This document shows positions 1-8,551 of a stretch of 30,991 nt of DNA, one piece after another. Made by a program: the position numbers and the translations under genes. A model generated the notes under the pieces. It ran no database searches. It was not told where the DNA came from and worked only from the letters and a program-made list of their open reading frames with translations. Within the stretch, counting starts at the first letter, position 1. Each line of letters begins with the position of its first letter. The DNA is from Candidatus Micrarchaeia archaeon (GTDB taxonomy: Archaea > Micrarchaeota > Micrarchaeia > Burarchaeales > JAVZCV01): NCBI GenBank assembly GCA_038874215.1, contig JAVZCV010000013.1:1-30991 (forward strand), in the 5' to 3' direction.

Positions 1-344
1 TCATCCACAAAAACCCGTGCAACTTTCTCAACGAAATCCTCATCAAGGAGCGTGACATCCGCATCTATGAACACTAATACGTCCCCAGTAGCCTTTTCAG
101 CCCCCCTGTTCCTTGCGAACGCAGCGCTGTGCCCCCTCTCAAAATTCAAAATCTTCACTTCTGGATGCTCCTTCGCAATCTCCTCAACTATCTCCCTCGT
201 TCTATCGGTACTCCCATCGTTGACAACTATTATTTCATGCGGCTTAATCTTCTGTGAAAGGCAGCTTCTTACGCAGCCTTCTATCGTTCTCTCCTCATTG
301 TGCGCAGGTATTACGATTGACACGCTTGGTAGGGGCTTATCCAT
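1..344 (-). CDS. Family 2 glycosyltransferase (GT-A fold), N-terminal part; gene runs off the window start
   Basis: Not in the ORF track. Manual translation from ATG at 344 gives MDKPLPSVSIVIPAHNEERTIEGCVRSCLSQKIKPHEIIVVNDGSTDRT...SAAFARNRGAEKATGDVLVFIDADV, with the GT2 IPAHNE, DGSTD and DAD motifs, open to position 1. Confidence 0.93.
   Translation of the reverse strand, partial: MDKPLPSVSIVIPAHNEERTIEGCVRSCLSQKIKPHEIIVVNDGSTDRTREIVEEIAKEHPEVKILNFERGHSAAFARNRGAEKATGDVLVFIDADVTLLDEDFVEKVARVFVD
97..263. repeat. 167-bp exact direct repeat, copy 1 (inside the first GT2)
   Basis: Base-by-base identical to 2571-2737 (tcagcccccctgttcc...tctgtgaaaggca); the flanks diverge. Confidence 0.95.
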
Positions 345-392
345 GCTCTTCTATTGATAGCCTATTTATTTACTCCTTTCTATAACCAGAAT

Positions 393-1886
393 ATGCTCGA
401 AAAGATAGTGAAACAGAACATATACGCTGTTGCATCAGCAATACCGCTTTTCATCTCAAACCTTGTCATTGGCATTGTTTTCTCGCATCTTTTAGAGAGT
501 GCTTATGAGTACGGAATCCTGATGACTCTGCTATCGTTTTCAATACTCGTCTCAACTCTAAGCGATTTGGGCATAAACACAAGCCTCATCAAGTTTGTCG
601 GAAGCAGCATATTTTCAAAAAGCGGAGAAGCATGGTTCTATATAAAATATTTTGCAAAGATAAAGTTTATTTCAGCCCTCGCTCTCTCCATCTTTCTTTT
701 CATTTTTTCAGGGGAAATAGCCAAGGTATTCCTCCACGATGCATCGCAGGCATATGTTATAAGGGCGGTCAGCATAATCTCTCTTACATACACATTCGTC
801 CCATTCATAAATACCCTTTTTGCAGCCGCAAACAGATATGAGCGATATTTCTTGGTTTCATTAGTACTCAACACTCTAAAATTTGCCATCCCGCTTGCTC
901 TCTTCTTCCTGTTAAGCAGGACACTCCAAAGCATGATACTCGGAATAACGCTCGCCTTTGTTCTCTCCCTCCTATTTTCTATTGCCCTTTTCCTCAATTT
1001 CTTTGGCTTCCCAAGTTTGCATGCAACGGCAAGAACCATATCCAAGGCACGCTCATACCTTGTTTATGCGTCAATCGTTGCGATAATCGGCACATTCTTC
1101 ACTTATACGGATTCACTTTTTCTTAACTATTTCAAGAGCCCAGCGGATGTGGGAATTTATAGGGCATCTCTCGGCATAATAACGGCGGTAATAACCGCAA
1201 TGCCGATTTCAACAATCCTCCTATTCTCATATAGCGTGCAATTTGAAGCAGAGAGAGATAAAAGAAGGCAACAACTCATTTTTGACAAATCAATAAAACT
1301 TTCCTCCCTTATACTCTTTCCTTCTGCAATCTTCTGCTTCATTAATGCGGAAGCAGTAATATCTCTTTTATATCCGCCTGCGTTCATTGGCGCAGCCGAT
1401 GTTCTCCGCATTCTTTCATTCATGCTCCCTTTTATGTTCATAAACGGGATACTGATCAATGCCTATGCGAGTAAAGGCAAAATGAAGGAGTGTTCATACC
1501 TTTACTTCTTTGTTTTTGTAGTTTCCATTCTCCTTAGCTTTATTTTAACCCCGCTCTACGGAGCGATCGGAACCGCGATAGTTTCAACAATCACGCAAGC
1601 CCTCCTTTTCCTTCTTTTTGTAAGCAAACTCTACCTCACTGATATAAAAATAAATATTGGCTCTTTTGCAAAGCCATTACTGCTCTCACTTTCCGCAGCC
1701 CTACTTGCATACGCAATTCTCAAAGCAATCCCAACACCTTTACTCCCATCAATCCCTACGAGTGCGGAAACCATGCTGGTTTACTGCATCCTTTTTACCC
1801 CCCTTTTCACGTTCCTGTACTTGCTTTTTATGGATGATGAAGAGAAGGAGCTGGTAATACGTTTCGCCAAGTTAGTAAAAAAGTAG
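393..1886 (+). CDS. Oligosaccharide flippase, MOP/Wzx (RfbX, AglR-like) family
   Basis: About 500 aa and highly hydrophobic, with 'LSDLGINTSLIKF', 'TDSLFL...VGIY' and 'PLYGAIGTAI' Wzx-type motifs; sits in a glycosylation cluster. ATG 393 preferred over the ORF-track start at 354. Confidence 0.85.
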   Translation: MLEKIVKQNIYAVASAIPLFISNLVIGIVFSHLLESAYEYGILMTLLSFSILVSTLSDLGINTSLIKFVGSSIFSKSGEAWFYIKYFAKIKFISALALSIFLFIFSGEIAKVFLHDASQAYVIRAVSIISLTYTFVPFINTLFAAANRYERYFLVSLVLNTLKFAIPLALFFLLSRTLQSMILGITLAFVLSLLFSIALFLNFFGFPSLHATARTISKARSYLVYASIVAIIGTFFTYTDSLFLNYFKSPADVGIYRASLGIITAVITAMPISTILLFSYSVQFEAERDKRRQQLIFDKSIKLSSLILFPSAIFCFINAEAVISLLYPPAFIGAADVLRILSFMLPFMFINGILINAYASKGKMKECSYLYFFVFVVSILLSFILTPLYGAIGTAIVSTITQALLFLLFVSKLYLTDIKINIGSFAKPLLLSLSAALLAYAILKAIPTPLLPSIPTSAETMLVYCILFTPLFTFLYLLFMDDEEKELVIRFAKLVKK

Positions 1887-2821
1887 TATGTTATCCAGAA
1901 AGAGCGCATAGGGGAGAAGATAAAAACATATACGAAAGAAGCCAGTAGCATACCCGTTAAATACCATCCGATAATAAATTCAAAAAGCGCTGTTGCGATA
2001 AAAAGAAATAATACGTAAAGGAAAATCCCATCAAAAAAATAGTAAAGAAAAACAGAAACGGCAAACAAAAACCAATATGGTGGATTTAACGGGCATAAAA
2101 GCTTCACCAGATTTCTTCTCAAAAATATCCCCGATACCAGACCCTTCCCAACCCACGCACTCTGCCGCAAAACCTCTTTTATTTCTGATGGGTCAGCATG
2201 TTCAACAGCAGCTCTAACCTGCACTATCGTCATGCCTTTCCTTTTTACATACTCCTGCATCCTCTCCCTGAAAACTTCATCCTCATAGTAGAAAGTTTTC
2301 TCATCAAACATTCCCAATTCAAAGAAAATATCCCTTCTCATGCACGGAACATAATGTCCGAAAACACCTAAAAGGCTCTCATGAAAATGTGTGAGCTTTG
2401 CTTTAACCAGATAGCACTTTTCTATTGTCCCCTTATGTCTACCAGCGTCTGCAAGCACGGCACCAGCAACCCTCTCATCCCTGAATGCTTCCGCCACTTT
2501 CTCTAAAAAGTCCTCCCCGACAACGAATATGTCTGCATCTATGAAAACCAGCACATCTCCCGTCGCCATCTCAGCCCCCCTGTTCCTTGCGAACGCAGCG
2601 CTGTGCCCCCTCTCAAAATTCAAAATCTTCACTTCTGGATGCTCCTTCGCAATCTCCTCAACTATCTCCCTCGTTCTATCGGTACTCCCATCGTTGACAA
2701 CTATTATTTCATGCGGCTTAATCTTCTGTGAAAGGCAACGCCTAACACATTCCCCTATCACGCTCTCCTCATTGTGGGCCGGTATTATTATTGATATCCG
2801 AGGCTTTTCATTGCTACTCAT
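1781..2821 (-). CDS. Family 2 glycosyltransferase with C-terminal transmembrane segments
   Basis: IIIPAHNEE, NDGSTD, FIDADI and FYYEDE motifs plus a hydrophobic C-terminus. ATG 2821 is preceded by an SD-like GGGGTGTGG. Confidence 0.92.
   Translation of the reverse strand: MSSNEKPRISIIIPAHNEESVIGECVRRCLSQKIKPHEIIVVNDGSTDRTREIVEEIAKEHPEVKILNFERGHSAAFARNRGAEMATGDVLVFIDADIFVVGEDFLEKVAEAFRDERVAGAVLADAGRHKGTIEKCYLVKAKLTHFHESLLGVFGHYVPCMRRDIFFELGMFDEKTFYYEDEVFRERMQEYVKRKGMTIVQVRAAVEHADPSEIKEVLRQSAWVGKGLVSGIFLRRNLVKLLCPLNPPYWFLFAVSVFLYYFFDGIFLYVLFLFIATALFEFIIGWYLTGMLLASFVYVFIFSPMRSFWITYYFFTNLAKRITSSFSSSSIKSKYRNVKRGVKRMQ
2571..2737. repeat. 167-bp exact direct repeat, copy 2 (inside the second GT2)
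   Basis: Identical to 97-263. Confidence 0.95.
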
Positions 2822-2859
2822 CCACACCCCACGCCTTTTCTGATATTTGATAGGGCTTT

Positions 2860-3136
2860 TCATCTGGTTTTACCCCCCTTTTTCAGAATGCGTTGCGTCT
2901 CCCGCAGCGGCATCAAAGCTCTCGCTCTGGAGCGTTTTCAAATAGTCTTCGGCACGTGCCTGTTTGACCGATGGGAGTGCGTACGGAGGCGGATATGGGT
3001 CTACTCCTATTCCATTTATACGAAGCAGCAAATTTCCATCACCAGCCCCGATATCAATCACATACTTTCCTTCAAGTAGGGAAACGAGGTAATCGTTATA
3101 TGTACTCCACCTCGGTCCAATCTCGTTATTCCCCAT
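2860..3136 (-). pseudogene. Class I SAM-dependent methyltransferase remnant (internal deletion and frameshift)
   Basis: From ATG 3136: VIDIGAGDG (motif I), GVDP, AEDYL..LQSESFDA, then an early stop at 2870. The downstream motif LRETQRILKKGGK is in a different frame directly after SFDA and ends at TGA 2862-2860. Confidence 0.75.
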
Positions 3137-3140
3137 GATA

Positions 3141-4262
3141 TCAACCCTCCATCCCGTATACACCCAAGACCTTCTTGTATATCTCAATGAGTTTTTTACC
3201 AACAGCTTCCTCATCAAAATGGTTTTTAATCACTCTCCTACCTATTTTCACGTTCTTCTTTCTTTCCCTTGCATCTTCAACTACTGAAAGAATCTTTGAA
3301 GTTAGGGCCTCGCAATCGTCTATTGGTACAACCAGCCCATACCCTTCATTTTTCAATAATTTGGCATATCCGAATGCCTCTGTTATTATAGCCGGAGCTC
3401 CGCATGCGAGCGCTTCTAGCGCAACGAGAGGGAATGCCTCAAACCTTGATGGAAAAACACAAGCACAACACGTGTTATACTCTTCCACAAGCCTCTCAGT
3501 AGTAACGTGGCCAAGCAATCTTATGCCATCAATACACAAATTTTCAGCCCAAGATTTCTCGTATCTACCAACTATTGATAGTTCAAGCTTTGGGTTTTTC
3601 TCTTTTGCCTTGATAAACGCCCTAATCAACACATCAATTCCCTTATCCTTCCTTCTCTGCTCATTGCTTATGTTGCCTACGAAAAGCAGGCTGTTTTCTT
3701 TTCTCTCCCTCCCCATATCTCTATAAACGCTTTCATCGACCCAGTTCGGCGTGAATACTCCCTTAACAAACAATCTCCTCAAATTCTTCTCTTCATCAGG
3801 GCGCACATACAAAACGTTTTTCGCAAGCCTTAATGTTAGCAAAAGAAACGGATAACGTAGAAGATAGTTCGGGAGCCTGCCGCCTCCATGCATCTGTGCC
3901 ACAAACGGCATCCCATTCATAAAGCACCATAATGCAAAGAAATCGTACTGGAGTGCGTAGTAGCTGAAAATATGGTAGATGTCCTGCTTATCTCTCTTAA
4001 TCCTTTCAAGAAGCGGAAAAGACACCTGTCTACCAATGCCAAAGCTTATGCTTACTGGAACACGCACAACCCTATGTCCATACTTATGCGTAAATTCAGA
4101 GAAACCCCCTCGGTGTGATAAATAATAAACTGTTGCTTCATGCCCCATCTTATTGATAAGCTTTGCATATTTGTGCTCATATCCGTCGTGTTCGGCATAT
4201 TCTTCATCAGTTGTTATGCCAAACTCCTCTTGTGTATGCGGGAGGATAAAGCCTACCTTCAT
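3141..4262 (-). CDS. Family 4 glycosyltransferase (GT-B fold)
   Basis: TPNWVD, LLFVGNI...KGIDVLIRAF and FPSRFEAFPLVALEALACGAP (EX7E motif). Confidence 0.93.
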   Translation of the reverse strand: MKVGFILPHTQEEFGITTDEEYAEHDGYEHKYAKLINKMGHEATVYYLSHRGGFSEFTHKYGHRVVRVPVSISFGIGRQVSFPLLERIKRDKQDIYHIFSYYALQYDFFALWCFMNGMPFVAQMHGGGRLPNYLLRYPFLLLTLRLAKNVLYVRPDEEKNLRRLFVKGVFTPNWVDESVYRDMGRERKENSLLFVGNISNEQRRKDKGIDVLIRAFIKAKEKNPKLELSIVGRYEKSWAENLCIDGIRLLGHVTTERLVEEYNTCCACVFPSRFEAFPLVALEALACGAPAIITEAFGYAKLLKNEGYGLVVPIDDCEALTSKILSVVEDARERKKNVKIGRRVIKNHFDEEAVGKKLIEIYKKVLGVYGMEG

Positions 4263-4273
4263 TTGATCATCGT

Positions 4274-4996
4274 CTATTCAGGCGCGAGTATCCCCTCTAT
4301 CATTCTGTTCGCTTTCCTGTAAGCGCTCAGTGTTCCAATATCAAGCCAGTACTCTGGTTTGTATACATACCCTGCAAGCTTTCCCTCATGCGCAAGCCTT
4401 GGAAATACTTCATTCTCCATCTTGACTTTCTTGTTGGGTATGTATTCAATCACTTCTGGTTCAAGAATGTAATAGCCAGCATTAGCAAGGTTTGAAGGAG
4501 CCGTTTTTCTCTTAGGCTTCTCTACAAAATCAACGATCATGCCCTTATCAAGTTTTGCAACACCGAACCTTTCAACCTCCTCCCACGGAACTGCAAAAAG
4601 CGCAATCGTCCCAAGAGCCTTCTTTTTCTCATGGTATTTCAGAAGCTCCCTCGTGTTTATGTTGGTCACATTATCACCGTATGCGACCATAATTCTCTCA
4701 TTAATCTCCTTCTCTATTATTATCGTTTTTAGGTCCCCCGCCGTTTCCCAGCAAAGTGTGCTTATCGTTTCTATTTTTACACCATCACGGGGCGTGTTTG
4801 CAAGATAATTCTCTATGGTCTCTTTCATGTGCGAAACGCCAACATATATGGTATCTATCCCCTTGCACTTCATCACATTCTCTATCACGTAGTCTATTAC
4901 AGGCTTACCGCCTACTGGCAGAAGCGGTTTTGGTATCCCATATGTAAGTGGCCGAAGCCTCCTACCCATCCCCGCTGCAAGTATAATTGCCTTCAT
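4274..4996 (-). CDS. Sugar-phosphate nucleotidyltransferase (NDP-sugar synthase)
   Basis: MKAIILAAGMGRRLRPLTYGIPKPLLPV, FVEKP, NAGYY and WLDIG motifs. The start overlaps the upstream stop (ATGA, 4996-4993). Confidence 0.93.
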   Translation of the reverse strand: MKAIILAAGMGRRLRPLTYGIPKPLLPVGGKPVIDYVIENVMKCKGIDTIYVGVSHMKETIENYLANTPRDGVKIETISTLCWETAGDLKTIIIEKEINERIMVAYGDNVTNINTRELLKYHEKKKALGTIALFAVPWEEVERFGVAKLDKGMIVDFVEKPKRKTAPSNLANAGYYILEPEVIEYIPNKKVKMENEVFPRLAHEGKLAGYVYKPEYWLDIGTLSAYRKANRMIEGILAPE

Positions 4997-5961
4997 CTCC
5001 TCATTTCCTCCTTGTACCAATCAAAAGTTTTTTTAAGCCCTTCCAGAAGCCCGACTTTAGGCTTCCAGCCAAGCTTTTTCATCTTGCTTATGTCGGGCAC
5101 CCTTCTCCTTATATCTTCATAGCTCTCGCCATAAAAATCTTCGTAATCTATAAACTCTGGCTTCAATTTTCTTCCAGAGATTCTTACTATTGCATTCGCA
5201 AGCTCAATTATACTCGTCTCTTCGTTGTTGCCAATGTTATATACCTCGCCCTTTCTTCCCCTTCTGCATACAAGGAGGGTTCCCTCAACTACATCAGATA
5301 TGTACGTGAAGCAGCGTGTTTGTTTTCCGTCTCCATGCACCTGAGGAGGCTTACCGTGGAGAACACGCCTTATGAAAATCGGTATTACCCCGCTGTAATC
5401 GTTTGAGCGTGCCCTCGGTCCATACGTGTTGAAATATCTCACTATCTTTACATCCACCCCATATTCTTTCACATAGGCAAAACATAGATGCTCATCAAAA
5501 GCCTTTGAGGTGCTGTAGCACCACCTGTCTATTTTTGTTGAGCCGAGCAGCCTATCGTCGTCTTCACTAAGTGGTATATCTTTGCACTTTCCGTAAACCT
5601 CGCTCGTTGATGCGAAAAGGACTTCGCAGTCGTTTTTTCTCCCAGCCTCCAGCACGCTTTCCGTTCCATGCGCATTTACGAGCAGGACGCTGAGAGGGTT
5701 TGCCACATAGTGCTTAACGCCCACAACTGCTGCCTGGTGTATTATTATGTCGCAATCCTTAGCAAGCCTACCCACCAAACACTCGTTTGTAACATCGCCT
5801 TTAACAAACCTGAACCGCTTTTTTCCAAAGTTGTGTCTTATGTTCTCAATATTACCTGTGCTAAGGTTGTCAAGCACTACTACCTCGTTCTTCTCCACTA
5901 GTGCGTCTGCGATGTGAGAGCCTATGAAGCCCGCACCGCCCGTTACCAAAATTTTAGCCAT
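4993..5961 (-). CDS. Extended SDR NDP-sugar epimerase/dehydratase, UDP-glucuronate decarboxylase-like
   Basis: TGGAGFIG, STSEVYGK, RWCYSTSK (YxxxK), RYFNTYGPR and DIRRRVPDI. Substrate is inferred from motif resemblance and adjacency to ugd. Confidence 0.85.
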   Translation of the reverse strand: MAKILVTGGAGFIGSHIADALVEKNEVVVLDNLSTGNIENIRHNFGKKRFRFVKGDVTNECLVGRLAKDCDIIIHQAAVVGVKHYVANPLSVLLVNAHGTESVLEAGRKNDCEVLFASTSEVYGKCKDIPLSEDDDRLLGSTKIDRWCYSTSKAFDEHLCFAYVKEYGVDVKIVRYFNTYGPRARSNDYSGVIPIFIRRVLHGKPPQVHGDGKQTRCFTYISDVVEGTLLVCRRGRKGEVYNIGNNEETSIIELANAIVRISGRKLKPEFIDYEDFYGESYEDIRRRVPDISKMKKLGWKPKVGLLEGLKKTFDWYKEEMRR

Positions 5962-5982
5962 ATCCAAAACCTCGGTGCGAAT

Positions 5983-7260
5983 CTATACGATGTTCCTCCA
6001 CCCTATCCCTGCATATCTTAGCCCTTCTCTCTCAAACTCCTCTGGCTTCAATATTCTGCGCCCGTCAACAACAACGTTTCCCCTCATGAGCTCCTTGAAT
6101 TTCCTTGCGCTTATTTTTGAAAACTCGCTCCACTCCGTCGCTATTATGCAGCAATCTACTCCAACTATGCAATCCTCCACGCTCTTTGCGTATTCAATGC
6201 TCGGCACCTCCTTTCTTGCGTTTTCAATCGCCTTCGGGTCATATGCCTTAACTCTCGCACCCTTTTTCACAAGCGCACGTATTATTTTAAGCGATGGAGC
6301 ATCACGAACATCGTCTGTTTCTGGCTTAAATGCAAGCCCAAGAACACATATTTTTTTGCCCTTAACTTTTCCCAAGAGCTTTTCCGCGAGCTCAACAGCC
6401 CTGTATGGCTGGCTATCATTAACCTTCACAACCGCATCCATTATGCTTGTCTTGCAGCCCTTTTTCTTTGATGTAAATATGAGCGACTTTATATCTTTTC
6501 CGAAACAGCTTCCACCCCATCCTATGCCCGCATTTAAGAAAAGCCTGCCAATCCTCTTATCATAGCCCACACCCTCAGCAACCTCATAAACATCAATCCC
6601 AAGTTTTTCGCATATGTTCGCAATTTCGTTTATGAAAGAGATTTTTGTTGCGAGAAAAGCGTTGCTCGCATACTTTATCATCTCAGCTGTTCGCAAATCA
6701 GTTTTCATCACGTTTTTGCATTTGAGAGGTTTGTAAAGGCTAAGAACTGCGTCTATATCTTCCCTTTTTCTCCCACCCACCACTATCCTGTCGGGATTCA
6801 TGAAATCCTCAACGGCCTTCCCCTCTCTAAGGAACTCAGGATTCATGCATACCTTTTTAATCGGGAGAGCCTCCGTTGTCCCTGGCGGGACCGTGCTCTT
6901 TACAACTGCAATGTGCTTTTTATTCTCAGAAGTTGCCCGTGCGATGCTATCGGCTGCACTCCTCACCTGTGAGAGGTCCGTCTCACCGCTTTTCTTCGGA
7001 GGGGTGCCCGTGCATATGAATGAAAATTCCGCATCTGCCAACTCCGCGAATTCTGTAGATGCGCTGAGCCTTCCTGCTCGCACATTTCTCTTAACAAGCT
7101 CATCCAAGCCCGGCTCATAAACAACCGCCTTTCCTTCGTTTATCGCCTCAACCTTTTTTCTGTCTATATCTATGCATACTACTTCGTTTCCGAGTTCTGC
7201 AAAGCATGCGGCAGTAACGCTCCCAACATACCCTGTTCCCACGACTCCTATGCGTGCCAG
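5983..7260 (-). CDS. ugd: UDP-glucose/GDP-mannose 6-dehydrogenase
   Basis: GTGYVG, KSTVPPGT, NPEFLREG, IKYASNAFLATKISFINE, GWGGSCFGKD (catalytic Cys) and GLAFKPETDDVRDAP. Start is uncertain; CTG at 7260 is proposed. Confidence 0.92.
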   Translation of the reverse strand: MARIGVVGTGYVGSVTAACFAELGNEVVCIDIDRKKVEAINEGKAVVYEPGLDELVKRNVRAGRLSASTEFAELADAEFSFICTGTPPKKSGETDLSQVRSAADSIARATSENKKHIAVVKSTVPPGTTEALPIKKVCMNPEFLREGKAVEDFMNPDRIVVGGRKREDIDAVLSLYKPLKCKNVMKTDLRTAEMIKYASNAFLATKISFINEIANICEKLGIDVYEVAEGVGYDKRIGRLFLNAGIGWGGSCFGKDIKSLIFTSKKKGCKTSIMDAVVKVNDSQPYRAVELAEKLLGKVKGKKICVLGLAFKPETDDVRDAPSLKIIRALVKKGARVKAYDPKAIENARKEVPSIEYAKSVEDCIVGVDCCIIATEWSEFSKISARKFKELMRGNVVVDGRRILKPEEFEREGLRYAGIGWRNIV

Positions 7261-7312
7261 AAAACCACCGAAGCCTATTTTAAATGTAATAATAAAAATC
7301 CATCGTGATTGC
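7261..7312. promoter_or_regulatory. Short divergent promoter region (AT-rich, TATA-like TTTAAA)
   Basis: 52-bp gap between divergent genes containing ctattttaaatgtaataataaaaa. Confidence 0.5.
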
Positions 7313-8218
7313 TTGATAGTTATAACAGGAGGAGCGGGGTTCATAGGTTCGCACATAGCGAGATACTACATTGCAAAGGGCAGAGATGTCATATCAATAG
7401 ACAACCTTTCTTCAGGAAAAAGGGAAAATGCGGTTGGCAAGCTCTTTGTTGCGGACATATGCTCGGATATCTCTCGCTACTTCAAAAACGCAGAGATAGT
7501 TTTTCACTATGCGGCAGACCCTGATGTAAGGAGCTGCAACCAGAACCCCAGGCGTTCCTTTGAGATAAACGTTCGGGGAACGATAAACGTGCTTGAGGCA
7601 TGCAGAAAGCACGATGTTAAGCACGTAGTCCTCGCATCAACATCTACTGTTTATGGCGAGGCGAAGATACCCACCCCCGAAACGCACCCAACGTTCCCTA
7701 TAAGCGTATACGGGGCTTCAAAGCTCGCGGCAGAGGGATACATTGCAGCATATGCAGGAACCTATGGAATAAAAGGAACTGTTATCAGGTATGCAAACAT
7801 ATTCGGGCCTGGCTCATCGCACGGGGTTATGTTTGATTTCTTCCAAAAACTGAGGAAAAACCAAAAAGAGCTTGAGATACTCGGAGATGGAAGGCAGAGC
7901 AAGTCGTATCTATACATAGATGATTGCATATCTGCAACTACCCTCATAGTTGATAAACAGACAAAAAATTTTGGTGTTTTCAACGTGGGAAGCGATGAGC
8001 GCGTAAGCGTGATAAGAATAGCGCGGCTTGTTTCCTCAGCCCTCGGGCTGAAGCCAAAATTCAAATTCACTGGCGGAAGGCGAGGCTGGGCTGGTGATGT
8101 CTCGCTAATGCTCCTCTCAACGAAAAAACTGAAAGCTCTCGGCTGGAAGCCGAGGACGAGCTTTGAGGAAGGCGTGAAAAAATATGTGGGGTGGCTGAGG
8201 GAGAAAGCCCAGCACTGA
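7313..8218 (+). CDS. NAD-dependent epimerase (UDP-glucose 4-epimerase-like SDR)
   Basis: IVITGGAGFIGSH, ASTSTVYGE, YGASK, RYANIFGP and GDGRQSKSYLY. TTG start at 7313 chosen because the ORF-track extension overlaps ugd. Confidence 0.9.
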   Translation: MIVITGGAGFIGSHIARYYIAKGRDVISIDNLSSGKRENAVGKLFVADICSDISRYFKNAEIVFHYAADPDVRSCNQNPRRSFEINVRGTINVLEACRKHDVKHVVLASTSTVYGEAKIPTPETHPTFPISVYGASKLAAEGYIAAYAGTYGIKGTVIRYANIFGPGSSHGVMFDFFQKLRKNQKELEILGDGRQSKSYLYIDDCISATTLIVDKQTKNFGVFNVGSDERVSVIRIARLVSSALGLKPKFKFTGGRRGWAGDVSLMLLSTKKLKALGWKPRTSFEEGVKKYVGWLREKAQH

Positions 8219-8551
8219 TATCCCCCTTATTTATTCTCCATGTTTTTTGATTCCTTTACTTATTCGCCAAGAATCCCTTCATTCTTTGCTTTAAAATACG
8301 ATAACAATTAACCGACGCCTTATCTCCATTATACCCTATCATAGCACTCTCTGGTGGTAGATGGGAAGAATATGTACGACTATTTCTCAGTGAAAAACTA
8401 GAAGGCACAGGGATGGAAGTTATCGTGGGCAAGTATGAACAACAAGTGCGAGAGAAGAGCTTAAGTCTTTGGAGAATTATAAAAATTTTATGAATCAACG
8501 ATTATCACTTGACGAGACCTAGTTTTTTCAGACCCAAATGATTTTTACCTG

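Noticed and set aside
97-2737. Repeat as IS ends, CRISPR or a DGR template/variable pair
   Set aside because: There are only two copies, both coding and exactly identical, with no adenine-specific mismatches and no transposase, cas or reverse transcriptase gene in the window.
52-2843. Near-identical + strand ORFs 52-357 and 2529-2843
   Set aside because: They are antisense shadows of the two GT2 genes; the similarity comes from the 167-bp repeat.
7172-7356. Head-to-head overlap of ugd and the epimerase implied by the ORF track
   Set aside because: The extensions precede the conserved N-termini; starts at 7260 and 7313 leave a normal divergent promoter gap.
8256-8498. 80-aa minus-strand ORF in the gap
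   Set aside because: No motif or convincing ribosome-binding site, and it is the antisense of a more protein-like + strand frame.
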